Source of the DNA: Octopus sinensis
Lineage: Eukaryota
Direction: 5' to 3'
Assembly (NCBI RefSeq): GCF_006345805.1
Contig: NC_043005.1
Coordinates: forward strand, 74,834,001-74,898,000
DNA: 64,000 nt
Shown here: positions 49,333 to 62,849 of the stretch, piece after piece
How the letters are laid out: the number at the start of each line of letters is the position of its first letter
Numbering within the stretch: the first letter of the stretch is position 1
Notes under the pieces: model-generated
What the model was told of the DNA's origin: nothing
Database searches by the model: none
What the model saw: only the letters and a program-made list of their open reading frames with translations
Program-made: the position numbers and the translations under genes

Positions 49333-49572
49333 AAGGCGGCGAGCTGGCAGAAACGTTAGCACGCCGGGCGAAATGCGTAGCCGTATATTTCATCTGCCGT
49401 TATGTTCTGAGTTCAAATTCCGCCGAGGTCGACTTTGCCTTTCATCCTTTCGGGCTCGATAAATTAAGTACCAGTTACGCACTGGGGGGGTCGATGTAAT
49501 CGACTTAATCCCTTTGTCTGTCCTTGTTTGTCCCCCTCAGTGTTTAGCCCCTTGTGGGCAATAAAGAAATAA
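49333..49572 (+). mobile_element. Full-length SINE A1
   Basis: Family A head and A1 tail. Confidence 0.92.
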
Positions 49573-49972
49573 GAACTTCGATGCTGAATGAAGTACCAAA
49601 AGCTTAAGCTAATCAACGACACTCGAGGAGATCTATTATGCATCGCTCAGTGTTTTGGCTATGTTGAACACCAATTAATAAGTCTGTATATGAAGTCAGT
49701 TTGTTGATACGGTCTTGGTCTTTGATTTATACGTGTATCTTAAAATATCACATTAGTTGAATTTGGAAAGCTCTTTTTACGCATGCACGCACACGCACAC
49801 ACACACACATACACACTCCTTGAATTATTCTTAACTAACTAAAAATATCTTTTAGATACATTATTAAAATAACTTTCGAGATGACCTTTCGCAGTTATGA
49901 ATTCAGCTGTTTATAAACTTTCTTTATGACGTCATATATTATTATTATTGTTGTTGTTGTTGGTGGTGGTGG

Positions 49973-50003
<31 letters not shown>

Positions 50004-50043
50004 ATTATTACTATTGTTATTATTGTTGTTATTATTATTATTA

Positions 50044-50086
<43 letters not shown>

Positions 50087-50512
50087 TCATCATAATATAT
50101 TTGTTATCCTTCAGTCTCGCTCCAAATACTAGGCCTCACAAAAGCTGATAATTATTGCTCGTTGCCTTACATTGATATCGTAACAAAGATACATCGTGCA
50201 ATCATCGACTGGCGCGGAGTCATTCACTGATACATTTCAAGCTTACTCTAGTACATTTGTTGTCTATTCGCTTTGCCTTTTCTACTGTAATTTCAACCGT
50301 CTCTGCCTAAACCAAGCTAGCTGGTTATGTAACATTGCCGCTAAAACCAATCCGACACTCATCTCTTTCTTCCCTTCAGCCACACTGTTCCGTCTCTTCA
50401 GCCATATTTGTTCCTAACCCATTCTCTGCAGAATGTCAATCCCAAGGAATTTCCTTCTCGTCTACGCTTTTCTTACGGTTGTCAACTCCCAGAACTTCGA
50501 GATAAATAACAA

Positions 50513-50742
50513 ACCTATTTCTTTACTACCCACAAGGGGCTAAACACAGAGAGGACAAACAAGGACAGACAAGCGGATTAAGTCGATTATATCAACCCCA
50601 GTGCGTAACTGGTACTTATTTAATCGACCCCGAAAGGATGAAAGGCAAAGTCGACCTCGGCGGAATTTGAACTCAGAACGTAACGGCAGACGAAATACCT
50701 CTAAGCATTTCGCCCGGCGTGCTAACGATTCTGCCAGCTCGC
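50513..50742 (-). mobile_element. SINE A1
   Basis: Inverted relative to the 49333 copy. Confidence 0.92.
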
Positions 50743-51430
50743 GTCAATCTCCCCAATCTACAAGTATTTATGTGCGTTACAGGCGCTGTTTCTTTTTTCT
50801 GTCCTCCTTTTTGTTAAAGAAAAAAAAAAAGGAGTAACTTATTGAGAGCTATGTTTTTTTATCGCTTAGTCAGGGGCAAGAGCAATACTCTTATTCATGG
50901 TCTTCGAGAACGGTTGAAGGTAAAAAAAATGTACCCTGAAACTAGAGACCCGTCCGGAATGCTTGTAACAAAGTGAACGTCGCAAAAGGCACGTGTTGGC
51001 TTTTAATTAGATTTGTTTTTTGTTTTATCAAAAGGGAAGGGCAGCGCCCACGATTCGTCATAGGGCCTCCGAGGCTAGTGAGAGGGAATGAGGAAGGCAT
51101 ACTCAAACTGGAAGCTTGTAACAGAATTGAATTTGGAAACTAGTCAATTACATCACCCCCAGTGGTTTAATAATAATAATAATAATTAATAATAATATAA
51201 TAATAATAATAATAATAATAATCCTTTTTACTACAGACACAAGACCTGAAATTTGAGTGGGGGGGGTAGCGGATTACATCTACCCCTGTATTCAACTGGT
51301 ACTTATTTTATCGACCCTGAAAGGATGAAAGGTAAAGCTGACCTCAGCGGCATTTGAACTCAAATGTGCAGACAGGTGAAATGCCGCTAAGCATTTTGTC
51401 CAGCGTGCTAACGATTCTGCCAGTTCGTCG

Positions 51431-51506
<76 letters not shown>

Positions 51507-51544
51507 AAGAAGAAGAAGAAGAAGAAGAAGAAGAAGAAGAAGAA

Positions 51545-51905
51545 GAACGCTCAGAGAGCGCAAACCCCGCCCAGGGAACTCCAACGTCCTCTCAACGATT
51601 AGCCAGTGACAATTTTTTAAATGAGAATACCTGAAATAAACTCGGCGGCTCTCACAAACGAGAATACTAAAAATGAACCCCACCGCTCTCAAAAATTAAG
51701 TAAAAAAAAACAGGAAAAATAATCCAGAATCCTTGTCCTGGTACCGGATCGGTTGCAAAATCTAATCAGTTCGTGCCAGTCACAAGGCCAAACATCCCTG
51801 GAAGTTTCATCCGAATCCATCCAGCGGTTCTTGAGATATCTTGTCCACAGACTAACAAACACGAGTGTAAACGATACCTGCGCCTTTGTTAAGGAGGAGC
51901 TAATA
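51545..51905 (+). mobile_element. HINE-like (Helentron-associated) element after an (AAT)n(AAG)n tract
   Basis: 5' CTCAGAGAGCGCAAACCCCGCCCAGG; internal GAAGTTTCATCCGAATCCATCCAGCGGTTCTTGAGATATC; 3' degenerate hairpin. Confidence 0.5.
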
Positions 51906-52024
51906 ATCCTTTCTACAATGGGCACACGGCTTGAAATTCTGGGGGAGGGGCTAGTCGATTACTTTGACATCAGTGAGCAACTGGTACTTGGTTTGTGGAC
52001 GACGAGTTAAGTCTATCCCCAAAG

Positions 52025-52140
52025 TAGGCGTAGGAGTGGTGGCACCTTGGGCAAGTGTCTTCTACTATTGCCTCGGGCCTACCAAAGCCTTGTGAGTGGA
52101 TTTGGTAGACGGAAACTGAAAGAAGCCTGTCGTATATATG

Positions 52141-52191
<51 letters not shown>

Positions 52192-52415
52192 TTGTGTGTC
52201 TGTGTTTGTCCCTCCAACATCGCTTGACAACCGATGCTGGTGTGTTTACGTCCTCGTAACCTAGCGGTTCGGCAAAAGAGACCAATAAAATAAGTACTGG
52301 GCTTACAACGAATAAGTCCTGGGGTCGATTTGCTCTACTAAAGGCGGTGCTCCAGCATGACCACAGTCAAATGACTGAAACAAGTAAAAGAGTAAAAAAG
52401 TAAAAGAGTAAACTG
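52025..52415 (+). mobile_element. SINE B with deletion in the head
   Basis: Family B body and tail. Confidence 0.85.
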
Positions 52416-52773
52416 CCGAAACAAAGACCGCGAGGCATCTAGTCCAACGTTCTTTCAGATCCGCCAATCCATTACTTCGGATTATTAAAAAAAAAGTATC
52501 ATTGACCCTGCAAAGATGAAAGCAAAATTGATCTCGCCAGTATTTGAACTCAAAGTGCAGAAAGTCGGAACAAATGCCGTGTTTTAGCAACTCTTGTCAT
52601 TCTTTGTTGCTCCGTAAAATGTCTGTTTACCTCAGTGGATTCCGAATCCAAAACTGAGTACGGTAAATCAATTAGGCCCTCCACAATCTTTATTTTAATT
52701 TCTATTTAATTATTCTTCACAGCTGTTTTTGATAGAATATCCTATCTTCATAGGTTTTTCCTTAATAACTTTT

Positions 52774-53230
52774 AATAATGGAAGGCAAGGTTTATAATAT
52801 CGGAGGAATATCATCTTCTTCCATCATCTTTTTCTTGTTCTTTATGTAGTTCAGGCTTTCGGCAGGCGAAGAGAAAAGACTTCAAGAACAACTGCTATTT
52901 ACAATTGGTTTATTTTGCAGGAAAGGTGAAGTGTGCTGCTCTCAGCTACCATCGTAAGCTCCGATAGCGTGGGCGCATAGCCACCGGAGATAAGACAGGC
53001 AGAAAGCTCAGCCAGTGTTGGTGTTCAGTCAGTGCCGCTGTGTAATGGCGCCGAAGAAGAAGAGACAGGACTGAATCGGTTTTCCGTCTACATCGTTTCC
53101 ATCGCGAGCTTCGTTGTGATCTCGCGCATGGCAAATGGATGCAGGTGAGGTCTCGCTCCAGTCTCGGAGATGGCAATGGCTGCCGCGAGATCTCACCCGA
53201 TATGGCGTTGGCTGTTTGTGCCGCTACAAG
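52774..53230 (-). mobile_element. Solo LTR candidate (same family as 23260)
   Basis: Colinear homology over ~450 bp; flanking CTTTT/CTTTT. Confidence 0.6.
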
Positions 53231-53412
53231 CTTTTTCTAAATAGATGTTTTTCATCGGTGTGTTCTAATTGCTGTAGCATAATATTCATTTAATATGTAA
53301 ACACAAGGCTCCATATTTCTTGCATCAAACTGTGCAAATATATGACGTTCATGTATTTTCTAAAGATATTAATGAAGTGATTCAAATTTAGAAAAGAGTA
53401 AAAGTTGGATCA

Positions 53413-53604
53413 CTCGTAACATTAGCTACAGAACTGGAAATAATTTTAAATTGGCATTGAAGCGTCATAATATCTCGTAACATTAGCTACAGAACTGGAA
53501 ATAATTTTGAATTGGCCTTGAAGCGTCATAATATCTCGTAACATTAGCTACAGAACTGGAAATAATTTTAAATTGGCCATAATGCCTTGAGACGTCATAA
53601 TATC
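53413..53604. repeat. 61-bp minisatellite, 3 copies
   Basis: CTCGTAACATTAGCTACAGAACTGGAAATAATTTT at 53413, 53474, 53535. Confidence 0.92.
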
Positions 53605-53880
53605 TTGCAAATCCATGCGGACCAACAGATAGTTATTGTTCGTTTCCATCTTCGCATTTTCCACCTTCCTTATTGTACAACAAAGAAGACCAGGAGTTAC
53701 TACGAATGTTCCTGACTGTCTGCCATATGTTGCGTTGCCGCATGAACTTCTATACAAACCTATCGACGGGAGTGTTTCATTATCCCTGCCTGTCATTATG
53801 CCTTGCTTTTGCTCCCGAAAAGCAAGCAGACACTAATGTCTCATTCATCAAGCTGTCAGTTCCATACCACTGGCCAGGAC

Positions 53881-54437
53881 GCGAAATGTTTTTTTTTTCC
53901 CCACGAGAATTCCGGACCCCAGTTATGAACTCATTTGCATACAGCCATTCAGAGCTCAACTATCAAACTAATTCACGAGCGCATAACAAGTGATGGGCGA
54001 TAAGAAAAGGTCACTTGGATAAGAAATGACCATGCCTCTTTTCTCTTTTAATAATGCTTCTTGATCTTGTTCTTGTTTCAACCATGGCTGCCTCTGCGTA
54101 GTTATTTGTGTGGTTGTTTACTTTCTAAAACAGTAAGGGGATAGGGTTGCTAGCACATCACCCTCTACCTACATTTTTCCCATCCACATCTTTACCATAT
54201 GTCGTCCTAACAAAATCTGATAATAGATATAGATGCAAATCTAGCTAATTATATGTCTCCTTCTAAAATCAGGCATAACTTGGCGATCGGTCGATTTACA
54301 ACCCCATTCTTCATCTTGAATTTACTTGGTAAAGTGTGTTTGTTAACTTCACAACATGGTCAAGGTGAGCTCTGATTGGCTGTATGCAAATGAGTTCATT
54401 ACTGGGGTCCGGAACTCTCGTGGGGAAAAAATTTCGC
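53881..54437. repeat. ~75-bp inverted repeat carrying octamer and CCAAT motifs
   Basis: Arms 53881-53958 and 54366-54437; ATTTGCAT 53933-53940; ATGCAAAT 54384-54391; ATTGG 54375-54379. Confidence 0.85.
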
Positions 54438-55054
54438 TGCCAGGACATCCCTCTAAGACGAGGGCATACAAAACATCCATCTTTTCAAAAGACAATACAG
54501 GTCAACTTTCTCCTTGCTTAGTTTTGGGTAAATTCCTCAGCCATAGAGACAGAGTCCCCCCATAGCACACACCCCCGACTAAATTTGCTTCTTTAAATGA
54601 CTCTTGTTCATATTTAAAATTTCTTTATTGTGGCAACAGTTGCAAAGCTGCGTGTCGTCGCCCTCGTTATTGTAGTGGAAGCAGTTGTTATTATTTCTGT
54701 TATTGTTATTGGTATGCATGTCGTCAAACTTGCTTTCATTCGTTTATAAAAAGATTTCACAGGAATAATAATTGTTTTTGTTCGTTTTACCATATTTTTG
54801 CTCGATTTTGTGTGTGTGTGTGTTTCTTTTTGTGCAGCTGTCAAGGTTTATGTCTGAGGGGGCGTTTTGTTTTGACTGTCAGCTTACTGAAAAAAAGAAA
54901 GAAGTGTCTAACAATGTTTCTTTTTCACCTAATTTGGACAAAAAATCTCAAGCAAACAAAATTCTCACCTTTCTCAGAGACATACCTTACGAACTGATAC
55001 TGATAAAGTCACCTAATTTTGAAAAAATGGATTAATAAATACTAAAATATAATC

Positions 55055-55225
55055 CAGAAACGAGAGCGTTGAGAAGCGTACAGTAACATTTCTTTAAAGT
55101 AAAATTTAATTACCAACATAATATGGCTGTCCTACAAGGGACGGTGTTACTGTTTATTAGCCCCAAGAAACATCATTTCTAACTGGTTATACGACACATT
55201 ATCTGTTTCCTTATATTTTCGGCTG
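55055..55225 (-). repeat. Diverged partial copy of the hammerhead-associated repeat family
   Basis: CCAACATAATATGGC..GGGACG.TGTTACTGTT..AGCCCCA matches 32250-32360. Confidence 0.7.
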
Positions 55226-55751
55226 ATACCATGAGCCAATGACTAAAAAAATGTGATTAATTTTTCTTAATAAAACGTGTGGTTCTTGCAGTATAATATA
55301 ATTTTTCGATCACTCTTCGCTCTTCGTCTGCGTGCAGTTATCATTTATCATTGTAAGGGTGTTACTTCTATTTTGCGTAGCCATTTTTTGTAAATTTATG
55401 TCGACAAACATGACAAAAATTATTTAGATTTTTTTTTTCATCCAGATTCTCTATGGAAAGCGTTCCATATTTTCCGAACACTCCTGTATAAAAACAAATT
55501 TTTTAAATATATAGTAGGAAGTTGTACTTGATAAAATCCAGCGCTTTGAAGGGCGATTTCAAAACACGTTTGAACTGGTCAGTAGTCAATAACAACCTTA
55601 TCTATAATAGGAAAAAAGCCTGAAATTTTTCGTGGGGTCGGGTGGCTAGTTGATTACATCGAACCCAGTGCTTAACTGATATTTATTTCATCGACTCCAA
55701 AAGGATGAAAGGCAAAGTCGACTTTGGCAGCATTTGAACTCAATAATAATA

Positions 55752-55792
<41 letters not shown>

Positions 55793-56015
55793 GTGACGAT
55801 AATGATAATGATAACGATGATGATGATTATGGTGATGAAAATTATAATAATAATGATTTAAGTACCAGTTACGCACTGCGGTCGATCTAATCGACTGGCT
55901 CCCTCCCCTAAAATTTTGGGCCTTGTGCCTAGATTACAAAAGAACATACTACACACTATATATATAATTAGCCAACGTTTCTAACTAGGAAAAAAAAAAG
56001 GAAGAAAACGGGGTA

Positions 56016-56171
56016 CAGGGATTTCCCGTGTTATGGAAGCGCTGAATTCCTGAAAAATCTTGTTGTAACGTGAATTCCATAACGCAAAACACACTTCCCA
56101 TGGAAGTTAATGGAAACTAAGTTTCACATTACGGTAACTTTTTCAAAGGCCCGTAACGCAGGAGATGCCTG
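56016..56171 (+). mobile_element. pogo/Tigger-like MITE
   Basis: TA^CAGGGATTTCCCGTGTTATGG versus inverted CCGTAACGCAGGAGATGCCTG. Confidence 0.6.
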
Positions 56172-56308
56172 TTGACATCAGATTTGGAATGCCTTTTATT
56201 AGATCTACTCGATAACCAATTACACACAAGATGAAGCAGCCATTAGTGTGCGAAAGCTATTAATTGTTCAGTTGCCACTATAATAGAAATACATCTAATG
56301 GTCTCTTT

Positions 56309-56645
56309 TGTGGAGGCGCAATGGCCCAGTGGTTAGGGCAGCGGACTCGCGGTCGTAGGATCGCGGTTTCGATTCCCAGACTGGGTGTTGTGAGTATTTA
56401 TTGAGCGAAAAACACCTAATGCACCACGAGGCTCCGGCAGGGATGGTGGTGATCCCTGCTATACTCTTTCACCACAACTTTCTCTCACTCTTAGTTTCTG
56501 TTGTACCTGTATTTCAAAGGGCCGGCCTTGTCACTCTCTGTGTCACGCTGTATATCCCCGAGAACTACTAATTTCACGAGCAGGCTGTTCCGTTGATCGA
56601 ATCAACCGGAACCCTCGTCGTCGTAACCGATGGAGTGCTTCCAAT
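56309..56645 (+). mobile_element. SINE family C
   Basis: Matches 35448 copy. Confidence 0.9.
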
Positions 56646-56724
56646 GGTCCCTTTTGATGATGTTGTTTCTGGTGGTGTTACTAGTTCTTAATGACCCGTT
56701 TCTTTTCGTTTTTTTCTTTATTTT

Positions 56725-57105
56725 ATACGTGTTTCAGTCATTAGAATATGGCCATGCTGGAGCATCGCCCGGAAAAGTTTTAGTCAAACAAATCGACCCC
56801 AGTACTTAGATTACTTTTTTCTAAGTCTAGTATTTATTCTATTGGTTTCTTTTTATCCAACCGCTATGTCATAGGGTCATAAACATGCTAACACCACGTG
56901 TTAAGCGGTAGCGGGGTACAAACACAAACACAAATATATACATGCATATACGGCGGGCTTCTTTCAGTTTCTGTCTACCAACTCTATTTTACAAGACCTT
57001 GGTCGGCCGGGACTATAGTAGAAGACATTTACCCACGGCGTCACTGTGGGACTGAACTTAGAACAATGTGGTTGGGAAGCAAACTTCTTACCACACAACC
57101 AAGTC
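56725..57105 (-). mobile_element. SINE B, diverged
   Basis: Family B motifs. Confidence 0.8.
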
Positions 57106-57363
57106 TCTTAATTAATTACTGTAAGATAAATTAGTTGACTCTGTTCGCAAAGCCTATTTTAAAATGTCATTTTCATATCAAACCTTTTCTCGTCATACAC
57201 AGAGAAATACAATCTTAAAAAAAAATTAAAAAAAAACAGAAACAAAACCAAGTTCGAATAAGGTAGAAGTTAAAAGCATTCTCTGTGTTGCTGTTATCAT
57301 TGTCGTAGCCGAGTACATATACATATACATACATACATACATACATACATACATACATACATG

Positions 57364-57413
<50 letters not shown>

Positions 57414-57524
57414 TTTGGCGACCTTAGTCACACTCGGTGACGATTAATTTTTCCTTTATATTACATTTCGCCTAGTTGTTTATATTAATGTGTATATATA
57501 TATATATATATATATTTCTTGTAT

Positions 57525-57930
57525 TCTTTTACTTGTTCCAGTCATTTGACTGCGGCCATGCTGGAGTACCGCCTTTAGTCGAAGAAATCGACCCCAGGAA
57601 TTATTCTTTGTAAAGCCTAGTACTTATTCTATCGGGGACGTAAACACACCAACATCGGTTGTCAAGCGATGGTGGTGGTGGGAACACACACACACACACA
57701 CCACACACACACACACCACACACACACACACGCACACACACACGCACACACACACATATGTATATACGACGGGTTTATTTCAGTTTCTATCTACCAAATC
57801 CACTCACAAGGCTTTGGTTGGCCTGAGGCTATAGTAGAAGACACTTGCCCAAGGTGCCACGCAGTGGGACTGAACCCAGAACCATGTGGATGGGAAGCAA
57901 GCTTCTTACCACACAGCCACTCCTGCCCCT
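57525..57930 (-). mobile_element. SINE B
   Basis: Family B motifs. Confidence 0.88.
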
Positions 57931-58456
57931 ACATACATACACACACGCACATATATATATATACATATATATATATCAAAGGATGAAAAGTCCTTCCCGA
58001 GCCATAGGTTCATAAAGCCGGTTTTCCTGATTCTGTGACATCTATGTTCCCCACTCCCGGAAGGGACGCCAGTCTATTGCTAGATTACTCATTTTTCCAT
58101 CCTGAGTAATCTGGAGCAAAGTGAAATGAAGTGTCTTGCTCAAAAATAAAACCCATCGCCCTGTCCAGAAATGGAACTCACAATTTTACTCCCATGAGTT
58201 CAACACCCTAACCATTAGGCCACGTACATCCACCCCCACACACATTGTTGACGTCATGAGGAATCTGTGAACTTGAGAGAAAACGTGAAATAATTCGTTG
58301 GCTTTTGAAATACTGGTTCTCGAAGCGCATGACATGCAGCTAGAAAGAACGGCATGTAAATACTGGGTTGAAAAAAAATCGAAGGCTTCGACCTTTTCCT
58401 CTCCAATAAGGATTTTCCACCCAATATTTACGCGTTATTATTTATTGCAGTTAATA

Positions 58457-58858
58457 TGGCGGCGAGCTGGCGGAATCTTTAGCACGCCGGACAAAATGCT
58501 AAGCGACATTTCGTCCGTCTTTACGTTCTGAGTTCAAATTCCGCTGAGGTCGACTTTGCCTTTCATCCTTTCGGGGTCGATTAAATAAGTACCAGTTATG
58601 CACTGGGGTCGATATAATCGACTTAATCCGTTTGTCTGTCCTTGTTTGTCCTCTCTGTTTTTAGCCCCTTGTGGTAGTAAAGAAATAGGTATTTCGTCTG
58701 CCGCTACGTTCTGAGTTCAAATTCCGCCGAGATCCACTTTGTCTTTCATCCTTTCCGGGTCACTAAAATAAGTACCAGTTGAGCACTGGGGTCGATGTAA
58801 TCGACTTACCCAATCCACCGAAATTGCTGGCCTTGTGTCAAAATTTGAAATTATTATT
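58457..58858 (+). mobile_element. Composite SINE A with duplicated core (A1 tail re-entering the core, A2 tail at the end)
   Basis: ...GTAGTAAAGAAATAGG-TATTTCGTCTGCCGCTACG junction near 58688. Confidence 0.85.
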
Positions 58859-59184
58859 TTTTGCTGTGTGCGATGTGCTTCGAGAATCATTATTCCGAAA
58901 ATGAATTATATATTATATGCATGTGTGTGTGTTTATCTTTGAATTTATGTTTGTCCACCACAACCGTTTGACGACCGATGTTGGTTTGTTTAAGTCCTCT
59001 CAACTTAGTGACTCAACAAAAGGGACCGATGGAATGAGTACAATAAGTACCAGACTTTTTTTTAAAAGAAAAAGATACTGGGATCGATTTGTCCGACTAA
59101 ACTTTTCAAAGTAGTGCCCCAGCATGGCCGCAGTCCAATGACTGAAGCAAATAAAATACGAAAGATAAATAAATAATATTTTTG

Positions 59185-59340
59185 TAGGAGTGGCTGTGTG
59201 GTAAGTAGCTTGCTTACGAACCACATGGTTCCGGGTTCAGTCCCATTGCGTGGCACCTTGGGCAAGTGTCTACTATAGCTTCGGGCCGACCAAAGCCTTG
59301 TGAGTGGATTTGGTAGACCAAAACTGAAAGAAGACAGTTG

Positions 59341-59371
<31 letters not shown>

Positions 59372-59585
59372 TTATATGTTTGTGTGTCTGTGTTTGTCCG
59401 CCCCCAACATCGCCTGACAACTGATGCTGGTGTGTTTACGTCCCCGTAACTTAGCGATTCGGCAAAAGAAACCGATAGAATAAGTAATAGGCTTACAAAG
59501 AATTTGTCCTGGGGTCGATTTGCTCGACTAAAGGCGCTGCTCCAGCAGTGCCACATTCGAATGACTGAAACAAGTAAAAGAGTAA
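59185..59585 (+). mobile_element. Full-length SINE B
   Basis: Family B head, microsatellite and tail. Confidence 0.9.
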
Positions 59586-60292
59586 CTATCATTTATGATA
59601 TTTTAAGATTATGGATATCCTGAAGAATTATCACCATAAGCTTTAGCAGATATATCCATCTTCAGGCGGAACGTGATGAAACTTCATTTGTCACACATAC
59701 GGCAATTATTTCTCAGGTATGCTGCGTAGGATTACATTACGGCCGTGTCTTTTCCATGTTTAAGACGGTCGACTGCAAGGTCGAGCGAGCAAGCGGAGGC
59801 TCTCTCGTTAACTCGTAAAGAAAATAATTAAGTAAATATGTCAGGGGTGGGGGGAAATGTAACGCTACTGTGGCTTCATTAGTAAATGAACCGCATAAAA
59901 TAAGTACATGTACAGTGGACAAACACAGACCACCAATTTGGTAAGCGTTGGGAGGAGCTTAATGTCTAAGTTTAAATATTTTATTTCGTTATGTTATGTT
60001 AAGGGAGGGAGCGGGAAAGAGAGGGGAAGGTGTTTGTATAGTTGAGTATAGAAACAGAAGAATGAGTATATCTTGCGAGAAGCAAGCTGCTGCTTTTATT
60101 TATACACCTTGGTGATCGCTTGGAGTCTTCCTTTCTTCATCATTCCCATACGCTTGTCCCAACACTTGTTTTACTATAAACATCAACACGCCAAATCCGA
60201 ACGGACCGTAAGTATCCTTACAGCTTTGATATTTACCATAGATCGTGCACACTCACGCGCGCATACATTTATGCGAGCATATATATATATCC

Positions 60293-60349
<57 letters not shown>

Positions 60350-60609
60350 ATATATATATATCCATATATATATATATATATTATATTATATATATATAGT
60401 ATATATATATATATATTATATATATATCCATATATATATATATTATATATATTATATAATTATATATATATATATATATATATCCTATATATATATATAC
60501 ATATATATATATCCATATATATATAATATATAATATATATATTATCCATATATATATATATATATCCATATATTTCTGTATATCTTTCTGTCTACCTACT
60601 TACATACAT

Positions 60610-60660
<51 letters not shown>

Positions 60661-60748
60661 AAGTTAATCCAAACAAGAAAAAACAAAAAGACAACAACGC
60701 AAGGATGTGGAACAAATATTATTGGACGCTCAGGAAAGAAGGGAAGAA

Positions 60749-60828
<80 letters not shown>

Positions 60829-61154
60829 CATAACATTGTATTCGATAGCTTATAAGACGCACATGATTTTATAATAATAATAATGAAATTATTGTTTATA
60901 GGGTTCATGTGCACTACAACTCATCAAAGGTGCATGTACAGTACATAGAATTATGTACAAAAATCAGGAATGTGCACAGTGTACGTATCATGATATACAT
61001 GTGTGCATCCGTATGGCGGGGAAGGGGGAATTCAGGTGTAATGTTGCCGGTCCCTTTCTTGGATTACCATATGACGTTAACTAAAACCTTAGCTTTGTGT
61101 TTACATACATACACGCACACATACATTACTGACTTTTCTTTCCTTCTTTCAATC

Positions 61155-61190
61155 CTTTTCGAAGAAGAGCATATGCTCAAAACATTAAAG
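61155..61190 (+). pseudogene. Decayed minimal hammerhead motif
   Basis: CTTT-TCGAAGA-A-GAGC.ATAT.GCTC-AAAACAT-T-AAAG; stems intact, core mutated. Confidence 0.5.
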
Positions 61191-61281
61191 ACTTTTTCCA
61201 ATTTTCCTCAGCCTCAGCCTAATACGATCTTTTCCTTTTGACCTTGTTTCCGTCTTTTTAAAAATCTTTCTAACATTTCTT

Positions 61282-61322
<41 letters not shown>

Positions 61323-61829
61323 ATATATATATATACGCACGTACGTATGTATGTATGTATGTATGTATGTAATGTATGTATGTATGTATGTATGTATGTA
61401 TTTATGTATGTATGTATGTATGTATGTATGTATGTATGTATGTATGTGTAAAGTGTTAGGTATGAGATACAGAAATTGAATACTGAGAAAGAAAGTCGTC
61501 AGAATTTTGGGAAAAAATCTTTTTATTTCTTCATTGCTATTAGCGTTTTCGTTCGTTTCTCGAACTTGTCAAATAAAATTTTGTGAATGTACAAACAGCT
61601 TATTCATTTAAATAAAACAGATGGGTTTTTTTTTTGAAGAAGAGAACATTGGTTGTTTTGCTTTTTTTTGCTTTTTTGCTTCTGTTGGAACCTCACCCTA
61701 AAAAACCATCTGTTTTATATAAGCGAACAAGCTGTTTGTACATTCACAAAATTTTATTTGACAAGTTCGAGAACTCACGAAATCGTTAATAATAATGAGG
61801 AAATAAAAATACTGACGACTTTTTTTTCT

Positions 61830-61873
<44 letters not shown>

Positions 61874-62073
61874 ATAGAATGTGTGTGTGTGGTGTGTGTG
61901 TGGTGTGTTGTTGTGTAAATGTTAAAAAATACAAACTGGGACAAGAACGTGAAACGTTTAGAAGACGATACAAAAAACACGGACGGGACATTCGAAGCCT
62001 TCAATCTTCAGTCAAGAACCGGATCATCTTCGCAATTTCGGCTGATTAATCTTGAGATTGTCCGACCTGGCCA

Positions 62074-62107
<34 letters not shown>

Positions 62108-62663
62108 TGCTATTACCTACTGCCAAGCCTTCACAAAAGTAAAAAAGAGAGAGAGACAGACAGACAGCAAAAAGGAAAATGACGCTTGGTTTGGAAAATT
62201 ATGGAAATATTTTTTAAAAAAGCATTTCACTTAATTTTTCCACAATTTAATTGCTTTTCATGCTTTACTCTAAGTTGAAAAATTCGCAAAGACTGAAACC
62301 GGTACTAAAATGTTCTTCATGATAAAATTATTTTTGCATTTTCTACCTTGTCTTATTTTCCTTATACGTGGTGTGTGGTGTGTATGTATATATATGTATG
62401 ATTAATGTATATGTATGTAGTATGTATGTATGGTATGTATGTATGTATGTATGTATGTATGTATGTATGGTTATGTATGTATATGTAGTACGTATGTATG
62501 TATATATAATGTATGTATATATATGTATGTATATATAAGTTTATATATATATATATATAATAATATATATATGTGTATTATAGTTTATATATATATATAT
62601 ATATATAAACTTATATATAAAATGTAGGTATTTAGGGAAAATCCCAGCTGTTTCCTTTGGAGC

Positions 62664-62694
<31 letters not shown>

Positions 62695-62759
62695 TAAAAA
62701 CGTAAGATAACAAAAGAAAGAAAGAGACCTCAATATTATGTAAATAGAGAAATTTATCT

Positions 62760-62849
62760 GTAAATTAATATGTGATAATTATTCAATAGCCAAGATAAAA
62801 CTCTGAGTTTTTTATCTTGGCTATTGAATAGTTGTCACATTATTAATTT

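Noticed and set aside
49926-50148. Poly-Val/Leu/Tyr hydrophobic ORFs (also 17502, 51354, 51408)
   Set aside because: Trinucleotide microsatellites (GTT)n, (ATT)n and (AAG)n.
53413-53604. Regularly spaced repeats as a possible CRISPR array (also 11543-11656)
   Set aside because: Contiguous tandem units with no unique spacers, no cas genes, eukaryotic context.
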